Assembly: GCA_958354085.1 (NCBI GenBank)
Contig: CATWUX010000001.1
Span: forward strand, 1-39,323
Source: an uncultured Oscillospiraceae bacterium
Lineage (GTDB): Bacteria > Bacillota > Clostridia > Oscillospirales > Acutalibacteraceae
DNA length: 39,323 nt
Reading direction: 5' to 3'
Below the pieces are notes generated by a model, which saw only the letters and a list, made by a program, of their open reading frames with translations, did no database searches and was not told where the DNA came from. Both the position numbers and the translations under genes were made by a program. Numbering within the stretch: position 1 is the first letter of the stretch; each line of letters begins with the position of its first letter. Below, piece after piece: positions 18,371 to 25,866 of this stretch.

Positions 18371-18464
18371 AACAACGCACAACAGAAAAGCACCGAGACA
18401 TTTTCCCGGTTCTGTTCAGCATATTGACAATCCAAGTCTTATAACCTGTAAGACATGTATGGAT

Positions 18465-18620
18465 CTTCGTATCGGCAGGTCTTACGACTTAGACATCCGG
18501 CATTGCTTTCGCCTTCCCGGAAAAAACCAGTGGCATTTGAAAGCAACTACGTCAATACGTCAGCAGGACTGTTCAGGATTCGCACCTGATTCCCTATTCT
18601 TGCAAGTATACTTGCAAACC
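18465..18620 (-). promoter_or_regulatory. cobalamin (B12) riboswitch aptamer
   Basis: The minus strand reads TTGCAAGTATACTTGCAA (hairpin), then GAATAGGGAATCAGGTGCGAATCCTGAACAGTCC, ...GCCACTGG-TTTTTTCC-GGGAAGGCG, ...AGTCGTAAGACCTGCC. These match the conserved GGGAA/GGTG-GAATCC core, the GCCACTG...GGGAAGGC element and the B12-box (AGACCTGCC). The boundaries are approximate. Confidence 0.8.
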
Positions 18621-18640
18621 GATACGCCTATTTGAATTGT

Positions 18641-18649
18641 ATTATATCA
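18641..18649 (-). promoter_or_regulatory. extended -10 promoter element (TGATATAAT) for the riboswitch operon
   Basis: TGnTATAAT on the minus strand about 20-25 nt upstream of the riboswitch 5' hairpin. The -35 is weak. Confidence 0.45.
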
Positions 18650-18770
18650 AGAGCGATCGAAAAAAGATAGCAATATCTTTCTATTTTTTGTATTTTTCAT
18701 CGCAATATACGGTTGATCGCTCTCTTTATAAGGAGTATACACCTTTTTTCGCAAAACTGCAACCGTTTTT

Positions 18771-18808
18771 CTGCATTCAAGCACATTTTCTGCATTCAAG
18801 CACATTTT
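18771..18808 (+). repeat. exact tandem direct repeat, 2 x 19 bp (CTGCATTCAAGCACATTTT)
   Basis: Copies at 18771-18789 and 18790-18808 are identical and abut. They lie immediately upstream of the -35 candidate at 18811. Confidence 0.95.
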
Positions 18809-18810
18809 TA

Positions 18811-18840
18811 TTGCTTTTACACCGATCGGTGCGCTATAAT
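18811..18840 (+). promoter_or_regulatory. promoter candidate for the TIM-barrel gene
   Basis: TTGCTT (18811-18816), an 18-nt spacer, then TATAAT (18835-18840), 68 nt upstream of ATG 18908. Confidence 0.5.
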
Positions 18841-18907
18841 AGGCGTATTGAAGGCAAAAAAACGATCGCCGCAAAATCGCGATTATAAAGATCAAGGAGA
18901 AAAAACG

Positions 18908-19708
18908 ATGATACCTCTGGGGATTTTTGCATGGTTTGGTTATGAATTACCGTTAACCGAATCGTTACCGCGGATTCGTGCCGCCGGTTTTGACCAGGTA
19001 CTCCTGTGGTGGGGAGAATTTGAGGGGGATATCCCGCTCATGAAACAACCGGATACCGTACGGCGTCTGGGGCTGGAGGTGGAAAACGCCCACGCGCCGT
19101 TTCAAGGCTGCAACGCCTTGTGGCTGGACGGGTTGGACGGAGACGCCTATGCGGAGCATTTGACCCGCTGCATCCACCAATGCGCCGACACAGGCGTCCC
19201 CACCTTAGTCGTGCACCTGACCGATCTGGCGCATCCCCCCGCCTGCAGCCGGTACGGTATAGAGCGGCTGAAGCGTGTGGTGGAAACAGCCGAACAGTGC
19301 GGCGTGATGTTGGCGTTTGAAAATCTGCGGCATACGCCGCATTTATACGCAACGATGGAGACATACAACTCTCCTTGCGTGGGTTTCTGTTATGACAGCG
19401 GGCATCACAACGGCTGGTGTAAGGACGCACCTTTTTTGGAAAAATTCGGCTCCCGTCTGGCCGCGCTGCACCTGCATGATAATGACCGCACGGCCGATTG
19501 GCACAGTCTCCCTTTTGACGGGAACATTGATTGGCCGGCTCTGGCTAAAAAGCTGGCCGCAACCGGCTATCAGGGCGGCGTCTCGCTGGAGGTGCAGGCT
19601 TCCGACAGATATAGGGATAAAATGGATGCGGAGACGTTTTTGCAGCATGCTTATGAGGCGGCGGCAGGCGTCCGCCGCCTGATGCAAAACAGCGCCCGCA
19701 GCCAATAA
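18908..19708 (+). CDS. sugar phosphate isomerase/epimerase family protein (xylose-isomerase-like TIM barrel, AP_endonuc_2 type)
   Basis: The ORF opens at 18713, but AAGGAGA 7 nt before ATG 18908 gives MIPLGIFAWFGYELPL. Typical blocks are ENAHAPF, VVHL, LAFENL, GFCYDSGHHN, LHLHDN and SLEV, including metal-ligand-type E/D/H/E positions. Confidence 0.8.
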   Translation: MIPLGIFAWFGYELPLTESLPRIRAAGFDQVLLWWGEFEGDIPLMKQPDTVRRLGLEVENAHAPFQGCNALWLDGLDGDAYAEHLTRCIHQCADTGVPTLVVHLTDLAHPPACSRYGIERLKRVVETAEQCGVMLAFENLRHTPHLYATMETYNSPCVGFCYDSGHHNGWCKDAPFLEKFGSRLAALHLHDNDRTADWHSLPFDGNIDWPALAKKLAATGYQGGVSLEVQASDRYRDKMDAETFLQHAYEAAAGVRRLMQNSARSQ

Positions 19709-19766
19709 AGCATCGCTTAGTCAGCAGACATTCAATCGTGAAAACCGCACTTTCCCGGAAACTTCA

Positions 19767-19813
19767 CAGGGGCGGCTGCAAACGGAGAACTTTCTCCTTT
19801 GCAACCGCCCCTG
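19767..19813. terminator. hairpin between convergent genes (terminator candidate for both)
   Basis: CAGGGGCGGcTGCAAAcGGAGAA ... TTCTCCTTTGCAaCCGCCCCTG. About 21 bp pair, with one mismatch and one bulge. There is no strong T-run. Confidence 0.5.
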
Positions 19814-19819
19814 TATGAT

Positions 19820-20272
19820 TTAGATGCATACCTTGAAAATTGCCTTTTTCAAAAGTGCGGGCTGTTCTACACAGCAGTTCGGATTATGAGCGTCGGAGGG
19901 ATACAGAATATAAAAATCCCCTGCGCCAAAACAAACCGTTTGACTGTTTGCGCCTTCCGCATAAAGACAAAAATCCTCTTTTTCATTATAAGGCTCGGTA
20001 ACATTCAGACCATCTATCGCCTCGTACTGCATACACTCCCTGCCGCTCAAAATATAGTGGACATCGATATGCTGTCGATGAGCTTCAAAAGCGCCCTTCT
20101 CCTTTGGATGGGTCATCATCTCTACCACTTTCAGTACCACACGAGAACCATCCAACTGTTTCTCCCCTACCGGTGCCTGTTCGTCCAAGGATTTCATAGC
20201 CTCCACAACGCTGGCTGGCAGAAAACGGTCGTGTTTCTCTTCATACAACTGCTTGATATTGCCGGCTACCAT
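19820..20272 (-). CDS. YhcH/YjgK/YiaL (DUF386) family protein (sialic-acid-operon-associated cupin; NanQ-like)
   Basis: 150 aa. HRQHIDVHYILSGRECMQ...GAGDFYILYPSDAHNPNC...LKKAIFKV parallels E. coli YhcH (HEQYIDIQLLLNGEE...PGMFAVFMPGEPHKPGC...IKKVVVKV). Confidence 0.8.
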   Translation of the reverse strand: MVAGNIKQLYEEKHDRFLPASVVEAMKSLDEQAPVGEKQLDGSRVVLKVVEMMTHPKEKGAFEAHRQHIDVHYILSGRECMQYEAIDGLNVTEPYNEKEDFCLYAEGANSQTVCFGAGDFYILYPSDAHNPNCCVEQPALLKKAIFKVCI

Positions 20273-20311
20273 ACATGTTTTCCTTCCTGTTATGGGATAA
20301 CGGAAAAAGCA

Positions 20312-21421
20312 TCAAAATCTCCACTGCGTTTCCGCTTTGTCAATTAACCGTTTGGCATCTTCCATGTCCATTTTGGGGAAATTAAAAAATATGCCTTCCG
20401 GTCCTACCGCTTTGACGATCTGATCCGCATGATAAATTGCTTCCTCCAACTCATACATTTTCAGACCGATCCACAATCCCTTCCCATGCTCTTTGACCGT
20501 TTTATAGAGCGGGAACCATTTTTCGCTGCCGGTCTGGTCGTTGCCAAAGCCCGGCGTCCACTGCAAAGCGTCCAGCTTATCCAGCTTCATAATGGCGTCC
20601 ACATGAACCAGACAATCCGGTCCATCCAAATGGTAGAGGGTGTTTTTGATTTCGTCGCACTGCCGCGCCAAAGACGGCAGAATATATTCCTCGTACTGAG
20701 AGGGAGACAGCAGTGCTGAACAGTCGCACTGGAGTTTGGCGGTCTTTCCGGTTCCCAAAATATTAAACGCCGTATAACTGCAGCAGTCCCGCTCCGTCTT
20801 GACGATGTTATAGATCGGATCGTAATACTGCATATACGTATCCTCGATATTTTTCAACGCCAAACGAAGCTCGTCCGGATAATCGTAAAAATCGAAGCAG
20901 CAGGTTTGGGAATCCCGCATAGAACATAAAATATCAATATTCTCGACAATATCCGGGATACACACCATCAGATCGCTGTTTTTTGCCAGCTCTACCTGCC
21001 GCCGAAGAATTTCCTGATGCCGCACCCACCAGATATTGTCCGGATCATAATGCAGCGGAAGCGCCTGTGTATAGTCCTCGATACAAGGCTGAAACCAGAT
21101 GGTATCCGGTGCAAATTTCGGACTCGCCCCCAGATAAAGCGCCATGGAGCCCGCGCCCAAATTCATGGAAAACTGCGGAAAAGCCTCCGCAACCGGTTCA
21201 TAAGCGTTATACTCATTCATGATCCGGGCATAATTCTTTTCCACATTCAGATAGGAATCGGCATCGTCGTCGAAAGGCTCCACCGTATATTCTTCAAACA
21301 ACGGTTTTTCCCGTTTAGCTAAAATATTGAGTAAAGGTCTGCCGGTATTTTTGTGCTGAAACCAGTCATCAAACCGTTCAATGGTTTCGTCCCAGTTTTT
21401 TTTGAATTGAATCTGTGCCAT
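20312..21421 (-). CDS. uncharacterised cytoplasmic protein (possibly URO-D-like TIM barrel; function unknown)
   Basis: The ORF extends to 21472. ATG 21421 (MAQIQFKKNWDETIERFDDWF) follows GAGGGAG at 7 nt and lies 22 nt after the upstream stop. It has no signal peptide. The YHLDGPDCLVHVDAIMKLDKLDALQWTPG block is reminiscent of URO-D/MtaA-like proteins, but I cannot confirm this by eye. Confidence 0.55.
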   Translation of the reverse strand: MAQIQFKKNWDETIERFDDWFQHKNTGRPLLNILAKREKPLFEEYTVEPFDDDADSYLNVEKNYARIMNEYNAYEPVAEAFPQFSMNLGAGSMALYLGASPKFAPDTIWFQPCIEDYTQALPLHYDPDNIWWVRHQEILRRQVELAKNSDLMVCIPDIVENIDILCSMRDSQTCCFDFYDYPDELRLALKNIEDTYMQYYDPIYNIVKTERDCCSYTAFNILGTGKTAKLQCDCSALLSPSQYEEYILPSLARQCDEIKNTLYHLDGPDCLVHVDAIMKLDKLDALQWTPGFGNDQTGSEKWFPLYKTVKEHGKGLWIGLKMYELEEAIYHADQIVKAVGPEGIFFNFPKMDMEDAKRLIDKAETQWRF

Positions 21422-21443
21422 GCTGATTCTCCCTCTTACCTTG

Positions 21444-23687
21444 TCAAAGCAATCCTGCTTTTTCACGTTCAATGACCACGCACCTGGCCCGCTGCTGATT
21501 GTGATAGGCTTTTTCCACCCGCTCGCTTTTGCCGTAACCGATGTACAAGGTATCCTTCAACGCCAAAATGGATGGATCCAAAATCTGATTCACGTCATAA
21601 GACCAGTCATGAGCCTCGCTGTTGATTTTATCTACGGTCAGCCGTTCCCGCCACTCCAAGCCATCCGTACTTTCCAGCAGCACCAAATGCGTTCGCGGAA
21701 AAAGGCTGCCTTTGGCATAGGGATGGTTCTTGACATACACAAGGAAATAGCGTCCTGCCTGCCGCGGATCCTCCGCAATGCCAAAGGAGGACATGGCGCA
21801 GGGAAACTGCGGCATCGTATAAAAGCCCGTAAACGTCTCACCGTTATCAAACGAGTCCGTATAGCAAATACAGCCGAAAGAATTGCGGGTATAAAACATC
21901 CGCAGCCGCCCATCGCTGCAGCGGATCACCTTGGATTCTGCCCAAGAGGAATTCGGAGCGGATTCAAAATGGGGGTATATGTTTCTGGTATCGCCGCGCG
22001 AGGGACACCACTCTCGCCCGCCATCGTCGCTGTAGTATACCTTTGTATAATGCCCCATGATGCGGCCGTCCACATACCGGCGTACCACCAGAGGCATGAA
22101 CAAGCGGGTGTGCCCGTTCTTCATGGCAATCTCCGTCATGGAAGAAACGTGAAACAACACCAGCAGCCGCCCTTCCTCATCGTACAGACCGTCCTCCGAG
22201 AGAATGCGTCCGATTGTATTCCACTGCTTCATGTCCGGGGAAAACTCGACCGAGGTATCTGCCAAAACCTGCAGATACCCTCCCGCAGCTAAGCGGTGAA
22301 CGGTACTGTATCCCCCTGTCCGATTCACTCCGGCATAAGCACCGGAAGTATCCCGCGTAAACCACAAGCCCCGGTTGTCCGAGAGATACACCCGCCGGTC
22401 GGATACGCCTAAAACGGTACCGTCAGGCAACTCCTCAAACTCCATATAATGCGAATACTCGTCCGGAATCACGCAGAGCTCCCGCACGCCGTCCGGTATC
22501 GGCCGGCCGGATGGCAGAGCACAAGTGAGTTTCTGAAGAGCGATCGGACAGCCGTCGCTGAATAGACCTATCCGCCCGCATCCGAGCTGAGTCGATTGCG
22601 AAAAATGCACCAATTGCGTGTGATTGATCTCCAAAGTAACCGAATCTCGCTGCGCCTGTAAATGTATAGCAAGCCAGGTATCCGTCGGAAGCGTGGTTCC
22701 CGATAATACCCAGTTTCGTTCCGAAGGAAAATCGACCCCTTTGGCGGCGTCTATAAAAAAGGCGCCTTTTTCAAAGGAGTAACCGATTTTTACACCGCTG
22801 TTTTCATGCGCATACCGAATCAGGAAGCCGCCCTCGCCCATGTTGGAATGGGGAGAGAACTTGACGCTGGCATACAAATCAACCGTTTCTTCAAAGCAGT
22901 GGAGCGTAGCCGCCGTATAGGTTTCGGCACGCAGGATGCCGAAAGCGCCCGTCTCTGTGACGCCCCATTCTGCTTTTTGACGGTCAAACTGCCAGTAACG
23001 CGGCCCATCCGGCCCTCTGAAATCCTCACAGGAAAAACTGGCCGGCGTTATGACCTCCGGCGCCGCTTTTGACGGCTCCATCGGAATGCCCCAAACTTCA
23101 AAATTTGCAAAGCTGTTGTCGCCCGATGCGATACGGAACCCGGCGGTGCCGCGGGAAAAACGATACAGAGGATCGGCATCCTCCCAGTCGAATACAGGGA
23201 TACCATCCACCTGGGCGTGCAAATGAAATGTCTCGCTGTACAGCGTAATAGAATGCCAGCTTCCCGGACGACTATCCAGCCCCAGAGCGGTCAGATTGAC
23301 GGGCGGGCACACCGGGTCGTAAAAAGAAGCGCTGGCATAGCTGCTTTTGGACAATTCCGCGTATAATGCGGGAGTGTCCTCGGATTCTGTCCGAAGATAA
23401 TAGAGCCGAAGCAGATACCCGCCCTCATAGCTCCAACAAGTTACAATGCCGCTGGAGGAAAGCGGCGAATCCAACCGGATCCGGCTGGATACCCGCCGGA
23501 TTTCGCCGATTCCCTCCTTACGGTACATCAAATTCGCTGCGGTACGCAGGGAAGGATCGTTTTTGACCCGCCAGTAACGGCACACGCCGTCCCGCCGTTC
23601 CCATCGTCCGAAGCCGGCGCCCACCTGCGTGGTCCACCCCGGCTCTTGACGCGAAAAATCATCCTGAAACAAAAGCGAACCTTCCAT
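21444..23687 (-). CDS. cytoplasmic protein: 2 x DUF1080/LamG-like jelly-roll + C-terminal BNR/Asp-box beta-propeller
   Basis: 747 aa with AGGAGG 7 nt upstream and no signal peptide. Jelly-roll ends: GTAGFRIASGDNSFANFEVWG and GRIGLFSDGCPIALQKL. Propeller: YLSDNRGLW, YYSDDGGREW, SFDNGETF, ESTDGLEW, plus the sialidase-like E-x-K-V-I-x-CSDGRLRMFYTRN strand. Confidence 0.85.
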   Translation of the reverse strand: MEGSLLFQDDFSRQEPGWTTQVGAGFGRWERRDGVCRYWRVKNDPSLRTAANLMYRKEGIGEIRRVSSRIRLDSPLSSSGIVTCWSYEGGYLLRLYYLRTESEDTPALYAELSKSSYASASFYDPVCPPVNLTALGLDSRPGSWHSITLYSETFHLHAQVDGIPVFDWEDADPLYRFSRGTAGFRIASGDNSFANFEVWGIPMEPSKAAPEVITPASFSCEDFRGPDGPRYWQFDRQKAEWGVTETGAFGILRAETYTAATLHCFEETVDLYASVKFSPHSNMGEGGFLIRYAHENSGVKIGYSFEKGAFFIDAAKGVDFPSERNWVLSGTTLPTDTWLAIHLQAQRDSVTLEINHTQLVHFSQSTQLGCGRIGLFSDGCPIALQKLTCALPSGRPIPDGVRELCVIPDEYSHYMEFEELPDGTVLGVSDRRVYLSDNRGLWFTRDTSGAYAGVNRTGGYSTVHRLAAGGYLQVLADTSVEFSPDMKQWNTIGRILSEDGLYDEEGRLLVLFHVSSMTEIAMKNGHTRLFMPLVVRRYVDGRIMGHYTKVYYSDDGGREWCPSRGDTRNIYPHFESAPNSSWAESKVIRCSDGRLRMFYTRNSFGCICYTDSFDNGETFTGFYTMPQFPCAMSSFGIAEDPRQAGRYFLVYVKNHPYAKGSLFPRTHLVLLESTDGLEWRERLTVDKINSEAHDWSYDVNQILDPSILALKDTLYIGYGKSERVEKAYHNQQRARCVVIEREKAGLL

Positions 23688-23704
23688 CGGCGTACCTCCT
23701 GAAA

Positions 23705-25843
23705 TTAAGCTTCCGGCAGCTCTTCCTTTTTCACAAGCAGAAGATGGCCGGCAACAGCCGCCAAGCTGATGGCTGCCAAAAGCAGCGGCAGGGCGATCGG
23801 TGAAACAGAACCGGTATCTACGTTATGCATGGTGGTCGTGGTGCCGGTTTGCTCGCCGCCGGCAGTCGTAGTAGAAGAGCCGCTGGGTTCTGTCGGAGTA
23901 GTGGGCGCTCCGCCGCCCAGTTTCTTCACCTCGATATTGCTGCAATACGAGGTGTAACCGTTGACACGGAAACCGATACTGCCGGTCGGACAAGAATCCG
24001 CAGAAGCGGTGATCACTTCTTTGCCGTCCAGATAGCAGGTGATGTTGCTGCCCTCCACGGTCATGGACATGTGATAGGCTTTGTTCGGCTCCAGATCCAT
24101 ATCCACCTGGGCCAGCGCTTTCTTTGCCTTCCGATCATACAAACGGACATATTTTTTGCCGTTGGTCTGGAAGCAGATACCGTACTCATACCCATTGGAA
24201 AGGCCGGTAGTCCGCGCTACCAGACAAAGCATATAGGTGGAAAAATTACCGGTCACCTGATCGGATATGAATACATCCGCGTCTACCGTATAATCCGTCA
24301 GCGATGTGTACGCCGGCTTGCCGTTCAGATAGCAACCGGTAATTTCGCTGGTCATCTTCAGCTGACCATCCACGATCTCCGGCAGATCTGAACTCCAGCC
24401 GCGGTCGGTAAGGGCGTTTTCAGCGGTGAAATATTCCTTGAAATAATAGCCTTCACCAAAGTCCGTTTCGTTGCCGTCATCCACTTTTGTGTAAGGGAAC
24501 ACCACCACATTATCATAGCCCACCAGCACGCCGCCGGTGCGCAGACCGACGCTACCTTTACGAGTAGCGTCATCCGCCACCTCGATGAGCAGACTGCCAT
24601 CCACCGAGCAGCGAATCGTCTCACCGGTGTGAGCAATCTTCAATCGGTAAATGTTCCCCGCCTGCACGGCAAAATCCTGTCGTTTCAGCTCTGTCTTCGT
24701 ATTGCGGTCATATAAGCGCACATAGGTATCGCCCGCTTGCGTAATACATAAGGAAAACTCGTAGCCATCGTCCTTACCGCTGGTCTTGGTAACGATTCCG
24801 GCGGTATTGGTTGCCAGCGAACCCGCAAACTGAGCGGAAATGGAAACATCCGCTTCCAGAATATACTGATTCCAATCGGCGGCACCTGTCAACTGATTGA
24901 GGTAAAGCATCTGCTTGCCCTCGTCAGTACTGGAGGTTTCAAAAAAGGCGTGCCCGTCTTTCAGCAGCGGGGAGTTGCTGTTCCAGCCTTTTTCGGTCAG
25001 CGTTTTGTCGCCGGAAAAGCTCTCGGAGAACAGAGCATTGTCCGGTATCTCTTTTTCCGAAGGCTGGAACCAGCTGTAGTCAGGCTCCGCGGGCTTGGAT
25101 GGCTCCGTGGGATCCGTCTCCGTGGTGGTGGGCTCCGTCTTTACCACCACGTTATCAAAATAGGTCTTATTCTTACCGACGGTCAGACCGATGCTTCCCT
25201 TGGGATGCGCGTTGTCTGCGTCGATAACCTCCATCACCAGTGCGTCATCAATGTAGCATTTAAAATGGTTGCCAATCGCCTCCACCTTCACGCGATAGGT
25301 TCTGCCCAACTCAATCGGAAAAGACGGCGCGTCCACGCCATTTACGTCCTTCAGATTTTTTTTGGCAACCATATTCCGAAAACGCAGCGTAGTTTTGGAA
25401 AGATCCTTTGAGACGGACAGACCAAACTCATACCCTTTGTTTCTGCCGGACGAACGAATCGCCACGGCCGATACGTTGGTGGCCTGCAACAAATTCGATT
25501 TATCGGCATCAAAGGTCAGATCGGTTTCCACCGTATAATCGGTCCAATTTTTGGCGTCTGCGTTGCCGGACAGATGCATCGTTATCTGGCCGGGAGGAGT
25601 CGAATCCGTTCTGAACAACACCAAGCGTCCGTTGTCAAAGCTCAGAGGGCCGGTGGTCTGATACCATACCCAGCCCTTTTCCTTCAGCGCTTCCTCACTT
25701 TGATCGGAAAAGTCCTCGCTGAAGGCGACCTCGGTGTGATCCGCGTCCACGGAGAAAATGGAAAGGCTGGTGATGAGGAGTAAAAACGCCATGCACAGCG
25801 CAAGCCAGCCTAGTCCGTATCTTTTTTCACTGTTGATTCGCAT
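23705..25843 (-). CDS. secreted anchored protein with three tandem DUF1080/LamG-like jelly-roll domains (NVDTG sorting-signal-like C-terminus)
   Basis: GTG 25852 and ATG 25843 are both possible starts; the ATG lies 9 nt after GGAAAGG. The signal sequence is GLGWLALCMAFLLLITSLSIFSVDA. Three domain ends are visible: GSIGLTVGKNKTYFDNVVVK, GSVGLRTGGVLVGYDNVVVF and GSIGFRVNGYTSYCSNIEVK. The C-terminus is NVDTG + hydrophobic helix + KKEE. Confidence 0.85.
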   Translation of the reverse strand: MRINSEKRYGLGWLALCMAFLLLITSLSIFSVDADHTEVAFSEDFSDQSEEALKEKGWVWYQTTGPLSFDNGRLVLFRTDSTPPGQITMHLSGNADAKNWTDYTVETDLTFDADKSNLLQATNVSAVAIRSSGRNKGYEFGLSVSKDLSKTTLRFRNMVAKKNLKDVNGVDAPSFPIELGRTYRVKVEAIGNHFKCYIDDALVMEVIDADNAHPKGSIGLTVGKNKTYFDNVVVKTEPTTTETDPTEPSKPAEPDYSWFQPSEKEIPDNALFSESFSGDKTLTEKGWNSNSPLLKDGHAFFETSSTDEGKQMLYLNQLTGAADWNQYILEADVSISAQFAGSLATNTAGIVTKTSGKDDGYEFSLCITQAGDTYVRLYDRNTKTELKRQDFAVQAGNIYRLKIAHTGETIRCSVDGSLLIEVADDATRKGSVGLRTGGVLVGYDNVVVFPYTKVDDGNETDFGEGYYFKEYFTAENALTDRGWSSDLPEIVDGQLKMTSEITGCYLNGKPAYTSLTDYTVDADVFISDQVTGNFSTYMLCLVARTTGLSNGYEYGICFQTNGKKYVRLYDRKAKKALAQVDMDLEPNKAYHMSMTVEGSNITCYLDGKEVITASADSCPTGSIGFRVNGYTSYCSNIEVKKLGGGAPTTPTEPSGSSTTTAGGEQTGTTTTMHNVDTGSVSPIALPLLLAAISLAAVAGHLLLVKKEELPEA

Positions 25844-25866
25844 GAATGTCACCCTTTCCGATATCC

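Noticed and set aside
18262-18435. N-terminal 58-codon extension of the binding-protein ORF
   Set aside because: The extension runs through the riboswitch attenuator hairpin and lacks an RBS. ATG 18261 has AAGGAG and yields a proper lipoprotein signal.
18600-18617. Perfect 18-bp palindrome TTGCAAGTATACTTGCAA as a protein operator
   Set aside because: It lies inside the transcribed 5' part of the cobalamin riboswitch, just upstream of the GGGAA core, where these riboswitches carry a hairpin. RNA structure explains it.
18771-18808. Possible CRISPR or minisatellite
   Set aside because: There are only two abutting 19-bp copies, with no spacers and no cas genes. It is treated as a promoter-proximal direct repeat instead.
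18713-18907. 65-codon upstream extension of the TIM-barrel ORF
   Set aside because: It covers the tandem repeat and the promoter hexamers. AAGGAGA precedes ATG 18908, and the family-typical sequence starts there.
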